A stretch of DNA of 64,000 nt, taken from the NCBI GenBank assembly GCA_963718615.1, contig OY970368.1:4768001-4832000 (forward strand), in the 5' to 3' direction. This DNA comes from an uncultured cyanobacterium. GTDB taxonomy: Bacteria > Cyanobacteriota > Cyanobacteriia > PCC-9006 > JAAUQQ01. The translations under genes and the position numbers were made by a program. The notes beneath the pieces were generated by a model, which saw nothing but the letters and a program-made list of their open reading frames with translations, was not told the origin of the DNA and made no database searches. The first letter of the stretch is position 1. Each line of letters starts with the position of its first letter. Shown piece after piece: positions 58,205 to 64,000 of this stretch.

Positions 58205-60382
58205 ATGAAATCATTTCTCGGCTTTAGTAGCTTAGCGACCGCCAGTGCGCTGGTGGTAGCCGCCGCCCAACCGACGCTGGCAGCCCCTACCCAGGTGACG
58301 GGGATAGAGATTAAGGAAACAAGCGGTGGGGTTGAAATTGAGCTAAGGACTAGGTTTGGCGATCGCCCCCAAGTCTTCTCTGCCCCCCGAGGCAATACCT
58401 GGGTCGCGGATGTCATCAATACCCAACTTTCAGAAGAGCAAGCCATCAATCGGGAAAACCCTGCCCCTGGCATCGCTTCGATTCAGATTCTTCCCCTGGA
58501 TACCAACAGCATTCGCATCATCGTGACCGGCACTGCGACTCAGCCTGCGGGGGAAGTTTTGCAACGGAGTAATAATCTATTGTCCTTTGCGGTGAAAACA
58601 GATACGGGAATCGCTGCGGTTCCCGCCCAGCCCGCTGCGCCGATCACCGCCCAAGGCCAAATTGCTCAGCCCCAGCAAGTTCAGCCGACTCAGCCGGTGG
58701 ATGTGCTGGTGCCCAATCCTAAGGTCACCATTGACGGTGAACCGGCGGCTCCCCAGCCATTAGAACCCGCTCCACCCTTTCTGCCTCGGGCTGTAGCGCC
58801 TCCGGTGGGGGACATTGCGATTTCAGAAATTAACTTTCAGCCCACCAGCGTTGATCTAGGGACAGCGGTTCGGATTCCGCGCCTGGTGCTGCGGGAAGCT
58901 CCGGCACGGGAGGTCCTGTCGCTGTTGGCTCGAGCGGCGGGGTTGAATTTAGCCTATAGTCCGGCGGCTGGCGAAAATGCCCAAGGGGGCGCGGCCCAAA
59001 CTCCGGACGGAGGCGAGGAAGGTCCTAAAATTTCCCTGGATGTGGAGAATGAGCCGGTTCAGGATGTCTTTAATGCGGTGTTGCGGCTGAGCGGCCTGGA
59101 GGGCAATCGCAATAACAATACGATTTTTGTCAGTCCCAAGCTGCCGAATGATGTCAAAGACATCGTGATCCGCACCTATCGGCTCAACCAGTCGACCGCT
59201 GCCAACGTCGCGTCATTTTTAACAAGTATGGGGGCGGAACGGGCCATTAGCCGGACAGTGGTTTCCCAGGAAGTCGAAGCGGTGGATGTGGGAACCGGGC
59301 AAGATACGGAAAATGCTCCCCAGTTAACCCAAACCCGTACGACCACCTCCACTGAACTGGATACCGATCGCCTAGAGACCCAGGACTCTGTGCCGGTCTT
59401 ACGGGGGGTTCAAGTTCTGGCCGATGAGCGAACCAATTCTGTGACGATTGTTGGACCTCGGAACTTGGTGGCGATCGCCTCCACCAAAATCACCGAGCTT
59501 GACCTTCGCAAGCGCCAAGTGGCCGTCAACGTTCGCATTGTTGATGTCAATCTCAACAACACCACCCGCGCCGGTACCAGCTTCTCCTTTGGTTTGGCAG
59601 GAACCCGTTTTCTCACGGAGGGTGGAATTGCGCTCTTTAACTTCGATACCTCCGGCGGCAATGGTGCTCGTGGCCCCGGCAATATCAGCAACGTTTCGAC
59701 CGCAGGGGTGGGCTCCAATGTTGGGTCTGCGTTTCAAAGCAACAATCTGGGCGGTGTGGTCAAGGACTTCGTGGCCCAACTTCAGGCCAATATCGTCAAT
59801 GGCAACGCCAAAATCCTGACCGATCCGACCATCGTGGTGCAAGAAGGGCAAACGGCTTCGGTGAATCTGACGGAGGAGGTCGTCACCAACCTCACCGTCA
59901 ACCGACAGACCACCGCTGCTGGCATTAGCGAAACGATCGAAATCGAAAAAGAGGATGCGGGGCTAGAGCTTGCGGTTCAAATCGATCGCATCGACGACAA
60001 TGGTTTCATCAATTTGTCTCTCTCGCCTTCGATTAAAGGCATTGCCGGGTTCCAGCAATTTGACGCTGGAAGCATCACGCTACTGAACAAACGGGTGCTC
60101 TCGTCTGGCACCATCCGCCTACGGGATGGCCAAGGGCTGATCCTTTCTGGGATTATTCAAGATGCCGATCGCAATACGGTGTCGAAGGTCCCCATCTTGG
60201 GAGATTTACCCCTGCTTGGCACCCTGTTTAGAAGAACAGAGCGGATCAATGAGCGCCGCGAAGTCATTGTCCTCGTGACGCCGCAAATCTTAGATGACTC
60301 CGATCGCTCCACCTTTGGCTATGCCTATTCACCCAGCGCCGAGGCAACTCGTTCCTTGGGAGCCACAACGACCTTGCCCTAG
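58205..60382 (+). CDS. pilQ: Type IV pilus secretin PilQ (AMIN plus secretin domains)
   Basis: Signal peptide, AMIN domain, DERTNSV and KVPILGDLPLLGTLFR...VIVLVTPQI. Confidence 0.95.
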   Translation: MKSFLGFSSLATASALVVAAAQPTLAAPTQVTGIEIKETSGGVEIELRTRFGDRPQVFSAPRGNTWVADVINTQLSEEQAINRENPAPGIASIQILPLDTNSIRIIVTGTATQPAGEVLQRSNNLLSFAVKTDTGIAAVPAQPAAPITAQGQIAQPQQVQPTQPVDVLVPNPKVTIDGEPAAPQPLEPAPPFLPRAVAPPVGDIAISEINFQPTSVDLGTAVRIPRLVLREAPAREVLSLLARAAGLNLAYSPAAGENAQGGAAQTPDGGEEGPKISLDVENEPVQDVFNAVLRLSGLEGNRNNNTIFVSPKLPNDVKDIVIRTYRLNQSTAANVASFLTSMGAERAISRTVVSQEVEAVDVGTGQDTENAPQLTQTRTTTSTELDTDRLETQDSVPVLRGVQVLADERTNSVTIVGPRNLVAIASTKITELDLRKRQVAVNVRIVDVNLNNTTRAGTSFSFGLAGTRFLTEGGIALFNFDTSGGNGARGPGNISNVSTAGVGSNVGSAFQSNNLGGVVKDFVAQLQANIVNGNAKILTDPTIVVQEGQTASVNLTEEVVTNLTVNRQTTAAGISETIEIEKEDAGLELAVQIDRIDDNGFINLSLSPSIKGIAGFQQFDAGSITLLNKRVLSSGTIRLRDGQGLILSGIIQDADRNTVSKVPILGDLPLLGTLFRRTERINERREVIVLVTPQILDDSDRSTFGYAYSPSAEATRSLGATTTLP

Positions 60383-60386
60383 AGTG

Positions 60387-60434
60387 ATTGAATCTGCATG
60401 AATTGAATCTGCATGAATTGAATCTGCATGAATT
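60387..60434 (+). repeat. Tandem 15-mer (ATTGAATCTGCATGA) x3
   Basis: Three exact copies directly after the pilQ stop. Confidence 0.9.
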
Positions 60435-60444
60435 AAATGATAAA

Positions 60445-60475
60445 GGGGAGCCCTGCAACGAGCTCCCCATTTTTT
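60445..60475 (+). terminator. Intrinsic terminator after pilQ
   Basis: GGGGAGC...GCTCCCC stem followed by ATTTTTT. Confidence 0.75.
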
Positions 60476-60476
60476 G

Positions 60477-61283
60477 TTAAAGCAGAAACCGCAGCATCAG
60501 CGGCACAACGGTTTGAAACAGGCTGGTAAAGAAGTTGCCCGCCCCCCCGCCTGCGGGCTTAGGATTTTCGATCTGCTCCAAGGCTTCCAAGGTCTGCTGA
60601 GCAGTTTTTGCTCCCTGGACATCCTGCTGGTCTTCAAATAGCGTCTGGGCCGTTTTGACATCCTCCTGGGCCTGCTTCACTTGCCCCATGGCCGAGGCCG
60701 ACAGACCCCGACTGAGATAAGCGATCGCCAGCTTCGGTTGCCGATGAATCACCTGGCTGTAATATTCCATCGCTTCGGGATGGCGACCCTGCTGGGCGGC
60801 GTCCAGCGCCCAAGCGTAGTAAGTTTCCGTCGCGATTAGGGAGGCGGGCAGGGCGATCGCCCCCCGTAAATTAGCATGGGTGAGCTGGGCTCCCTCTAGG
60901 CGCGCATTGCCCAAATAGGCCCCCCGCAGGTCGGCGCTACGCAGGTCGGCACCGCGCAAATCCGTATTCTGAAGATTCGCACCATAGAGAACCGCCCCCT
61001 GCAAATTGGCCCCCTGCAAATTGGCGGCACTGAGGTTTGCGCGTCCCAAATTGGACGATCGCAAATTGGCATTTTGCAAATTCACCCCCTCCAGGTCCGC
61101 AAACACCAAACCCGCCTGCTCCAGATTGCATCCGACACAAGCCTTCGTCGAAAACAGTTGACGGAGCGGTTCCGAAGATTGGGCTTGGGCGGGCACAACT
61201 GTCCCTAAGGCCAATACCACACTAAGCCCCGCGCCCAGCCTCGTACCTAACCCCGTACCCAGGCCCGTTAGTCTATTACGCAT
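60477..61283 (-). CDS. Pentapeptide-repeat protein with a C-terminal TPR
   Basis: Signal peptide, [10 protein letters not shown](D/N)LxxA repeats, then TPR-like YSQVI...AYLSRG; ATG 61283 preferred. Confidence 0.88.
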   Translation of the reverse strand: MRNRLTGLGTGLGTRLGAGLSVVLALGTVVPAQAQSSEPLRQLFSTKACVGCNLEQAGLVFADLEGVNLQNANLRSSNLGRANLSAANLQGANLQGAVLYGANLQNTDLRGADLRSADLRGAYLGNARLEGAQLTHANLRGAIALPASLIATETYYAWALDAAQQGRHPEAMEYYSQVIHRQPKLAIAYLSRGLSASAMGQVKQAQEDVKTAQTLFEDQQDVQGAKTAQQTLEALEQIENPKPAGGGAGNFFTSLFQTVVPLMLRFLL

Positions 61284-61973
61284 GTTTAAGGGTGCTCCAA
61301 CCATAGAGTAGCGGCGATTTTTCTTCGAGCAGTTATGCATAAATACAATGAATGGCCTATTTTATTCCGTCAAATTACTGTTTTATGTCGGCCATTCTAG
61401 AGGAACAGTTCCCTTCTGTCAGGTTTTGGCGTAAAAAATAACTCCACAGATTTCGTAAACCTGCTTCTATAAAAAGTAAGAATTTATCTAAAAATTCCGG
61501 GTTGAGAACGCGACGCGATCGCCCTTCCCGCCCTACCCATTTTTGCCAAAATTATCAATATTCGCTGCCTTATTTTCAATTGGGGTGGCGTGGGCCTGAC
61601 TCAGCAGGATGCCGTTGCCCTACGCTTCCTACAGGTTTTTGGGCAAAAACGAGTATTTTTACTCAGTGATCTGATAAAGAATCTAATGCAATCCATGAAA
61701 TCTACATAACTTAAACTTTTCAGCGTTCCGAATTTCGGATTTTGCCCTTAGAATAGTCGTTTGAAACTTCTGGCCTGTCAGGGTTTCAGCGGTTAAACAA
61801 TAAAATTTGTTGTTTAAGGACTTCTGAGATGCTTAACTTTAGATCAAGGGAGTTGCTGATAGCTACCTTCCTGATCCAAAAATTGAATGTCAGAAGCACA
61901 AACTGCCCACATCTCACGCCAGAGATCGAAGCAATTGCCAACCTGAGTAGCAGTCATTTCTTAAGGAGACCTT

Positions 61974-62249
61974 ATGAACAAGGGTGAACTCATTGATCAA
62001 GTGGCCGATAAAGCCAGCGTCACCAAAAAGCAAGCGGATGCCGTGATTACGGCGGCTCTTGAAGCCATCGTCGAAGCCGTCTCGAACGGCGACAAAGTGA
62101 CCCTTGTGGGTTTCGGGTCCTTTGAACGTCGCGAGCGCAAGGCTCGGGAAGGCCGCAACCCGAAGACGGGAGCCAAGATGGAAATTCCGGCAACTCGTGT
62201 GCCAGCTTTCTCCGCTGGCAAGCTCTTCAAGGAGAAGGTGGCGGACTAA
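61974..62249 (+). CDS. hup: Histone-like DNA-binding protein HU
   Basis: MNKGELI...VTLVGFGSF...GRNPKTG...PAFSAGK; AAGGAG RBS. Confidence 0.97.
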   Translation: MNKGELIDQVADKASVTKKQADAVITAALEAIVEAVSNGDKVTLVGFGSFERRERKAREGRNPKTGAKMEIPATRVPAFSAGKLFKEKVAD

Positions 62250-62254
62250 TCCGC

Positions 62255-63400
62255 ATGGATCGACCCCAGCATGGCGGTAATCGGCAGTGGGCGGCAGCGG
62301 TGGCAGGTTGTGCGCCGGAGGATCTATTGGATTTTTCGGCTAGCCTGAGTCCGTTGGGGCCGCCCACTGGTGCGATCGCCGCTATTCAAGCGGGTTTGGC
62401 TGAGCTTTCGGCCTATCCCCATCCGGATTATGGAATCCTCCGCAGTGCCATTGCTCGGTTTCATCAGGTCGATGCAGACTGGATTTTGCCGGGTAATGGG
62501 GCGGCGGAGTTATTAACCTGGGCGGGGCGGGATTTGGCGGGTTGTGGGCGGGTCTATCTGCCGACTCCAGCCTTTGGGGACTATGGGCGATCGCTCCAAG
62601 CCTTTCAAGCGCCAGTTCAGCCCTGGCCTTTGCCCATCCAGCAGTTATTCGCAGATGTAGGCACCACCGTTGCTCCAGGGGGCTTTAATTTGCCTGAACT
62701 GAGTCCAACGGATGGCATTTTAATTAATAATCCTCACAATCCGAGCGGCTATTTGTTCTCGGCTGAGCCTATCCTCAAACGATTGGCCTCCGGTGGGCTG
62801 GTGGTGGTGGATGAGGCGTTTATGGACTTTTTGCCGCCGGACCGGCAGCAGAGCGTGATTGATTGGGTTAGCGATTATCCCAATTTGGTTGTGGTGCGAT
62901 CGCTCACGAAGTTTTATGGTCTGGCCGGACTGAGATTAGGCTATGCCATTCTCCATCCAGACCGTCGTCAGCGCTGGCAAACCTGGCGGGATCCCTGGCC
63001 GGTCAACAGTTTAGCCGCAGCAGTTGGCGCAACTATTTTAGAGGATAGGGCCTTTCAGCAGCAGACTTGGGATTGGTTGGTGGGAGCCCGGCGATCGCTC
63101 TTTGAGGGGTTACGGGCGCTACCGGGTTTGGAGCCCTATCTGGGTGCGGCCAATTTTTTGTTGGTGCGATGTGTTCAGGAGTCCCATGGTGGTGAGTTGT
63201 CTGCCAGTGAGTTGTCTGCCAGTGAGTTGTCTGCCAGTGAGTTGCAGTTGCAGCTTCTGCGACACCATCGCATTTTGATTCGAGATTGCTTGAGTTTCCC
63301 GGAGCTGGGCGATCGCTACTTCCGAGTGGCGGTGCGGTTACCGGATGAAAATCAGCGACTTTTGCAGGGGCTCCAGGCAGCCTTGGAGGGGAGAGTTTGA
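62255..63400 (+). CDS. cobD: Threonine-phosphate decarboxylase
   Basis: HGGN, DFSAS, GNGAAEL, NNPHNPSG, DEAFMDF and RSLTKFYGLAGLRLGY motifs. Confidence 0.9.
   Translation: MDRPQHGGNRQWAAAVAGCAPEDLLDFSASLSPLGPPTGAIAAIQAGLAELSAYPHPDYGILRSAIARFHQVDADWILPGNGAAELLTWAGRDLAGCGRVYLPTPAFGDYGRSLQAFQAPVQPWPLPIQQLFADVGTTVAPGGFNLPELSPTDGILINNPHNPSGYLFSAEPILKRLASGGLVVVDEAFMDFLPPDRQQSVIDWVSDYPNLVVVRSLTKFYGLAGLRLGYAILHPDRRQRWQTWRDPWPVNSLAAAVGATILEDRAFQQQTWDWLVGARRSLFEGLRALPGLEPYLGAANFLLVRCVQESHGGELSASELSASELSASELQLQLLRHHRILIRDCLSFPELGDRYFRVAVRLPDENQRLLQGLQAALEGRV
63192..63244 (+). repeat. In-frame tandem 15-mer (GTGAGTTGTCTGCCA) x3.5 encoding ELSAS repeats inside cobD
   Basis: Exact copies visible; translation GELSASELSASELSASELQ. 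Confidence 0.9.
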
Positions 63401-64000
63401 CGCTCTACGACTATGACCTTGCGATCTTAGGGGCAACCCCTAGCGGTCGGGTTAGTGCGGCGCTGGCCGCTCGGCTGCGGGCCAGGGTGGCGTTGATCGG
63501 CATACCGGATAATCAGCTTCAGCGGACCTGGTTGGGGCTCCAGATTTTGCGAACTGAGCTGGAAGCTCGGTCCCATCTTCCCAGTGGGGCGACCCTACAG
63601 GCGGGAGCAGAGATTTTTACGACCCTGGGCCAGAGACTGGCGATCGCCACCCAAGGCTCCGGGGATTGGACCCTGCCCCAGGAATCCGAAACCGATTTGT
63701 CTTTGTTAGGGGTGGATGTCATTCCAGGGGTAGCTCAATGGGTGCAACCTGGGCGGGGACAATCTCGGTGGGGACAATCTCGGCAAAGCCTTGCTTTGGC
63801 GCTCCAGGTGAAGAGCTGGATTCCCTTGCCCCAGGATGGTATCCCCAGCCCCCTGCGTCAACTGACTGCCCGTCGCTATCTCCTCGCGCCCCAGAATCGG
63901 CCCCAAATACCGTCCCAAATATCATCCTTACCGGGTTTGAGTGAAGTTGAGACGCTGCTGACTTGGCCCCATTGGGAGTCTTTGCCTGACTCGCTGATTA
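63397..64000 (+). CDS. FAD/NAD(P)-dependent oxidoreductase-like protein, truncated by the window end
   Basis: TTG at 63397 overlaps the cobD stop: MTLYDYDLAILGATPSGRVSAALAARLRARVALI (degenerate Rossmann fold), LGVDVI; frame open to 64000. Confidence 0.72.
   Translation, partial: MTLYDYDLAILGATPSGRVSAALAARLRARVALIGIPDNQLQRTWLGLQILRTELEARSHLPSGATLQAGAEIFTTLGQRLAIATQGSGDWTLPQESETDLSLLGVDVIPGVAQWVQPGRGQSRWGQSRQSLALALQVKSWIPLPQDGIPSPLRQLTARRYLLAPQNRPQIPSQISSLPGLSEVETLLTWPHWESLPDSLI

Larger units (their letters stand above)
1..64000. repeat. Dispersed HIP1 octamer GCGATCGC, often as GGCGATCGCC
   Basis: Dozens of copies throughout, e.g. 300-307; a well-known cyanobacterial genome signature. Confidence 0.95.

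Noticed and set aside
60387-60434. CRISPR array
   Set aside because: Contiguous 15-nt repeats without spacers and no cas genes; a simple tandem duplication.

Overview
Chromosomal window from a phycobilisome-containing cyanobacterium (apcF, psbZ, dense HIP1 GCGATCGC octamers). Most of it is conserved housekeeping and envelope genes: an SSS symporter, metK, ssb, mreBCD, a PucC/TolC/TIGR03279/uppP cluster, a cyanoexosortase B-wza-wzc-DegT polysaccharide locus, ribH, tRNA-Gly(GCC), secA, pilMNOQ, HU and cobD. The most notable region is a compact nitrogen-control locus at about 36.3-41.5 kb. Two tandem units each consist of an NtcA box overlapping a -10 element, a glutamine (glnA-type) riboswitch and a small YRG-repeat (DUF4278) gene. 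They face glnA (GS-I, canonical NtcA-activated promoter), with glnN (GS-III) placed between glnA and apcF. The second small protein keeps the three-arginine register of GS-inactivating factors (IF7/IF17) in an otherwise divergent, truncated tail; the first has no such tail. Other oddities are an EEP-family gene with two in-frame TAG codons, a +1 frameshift in pyrD, an AT-rich repeat protein gene, three degenerate or atypical histidine-kinase proteins, a ProA paralogue without the catalytic Cys, a possible lysozyme-fold protein beside wzc, GTAG-type REP hairpins and many short unrelated tandem duplications. All family assignments come from motif recognition by eye; no searches were run.
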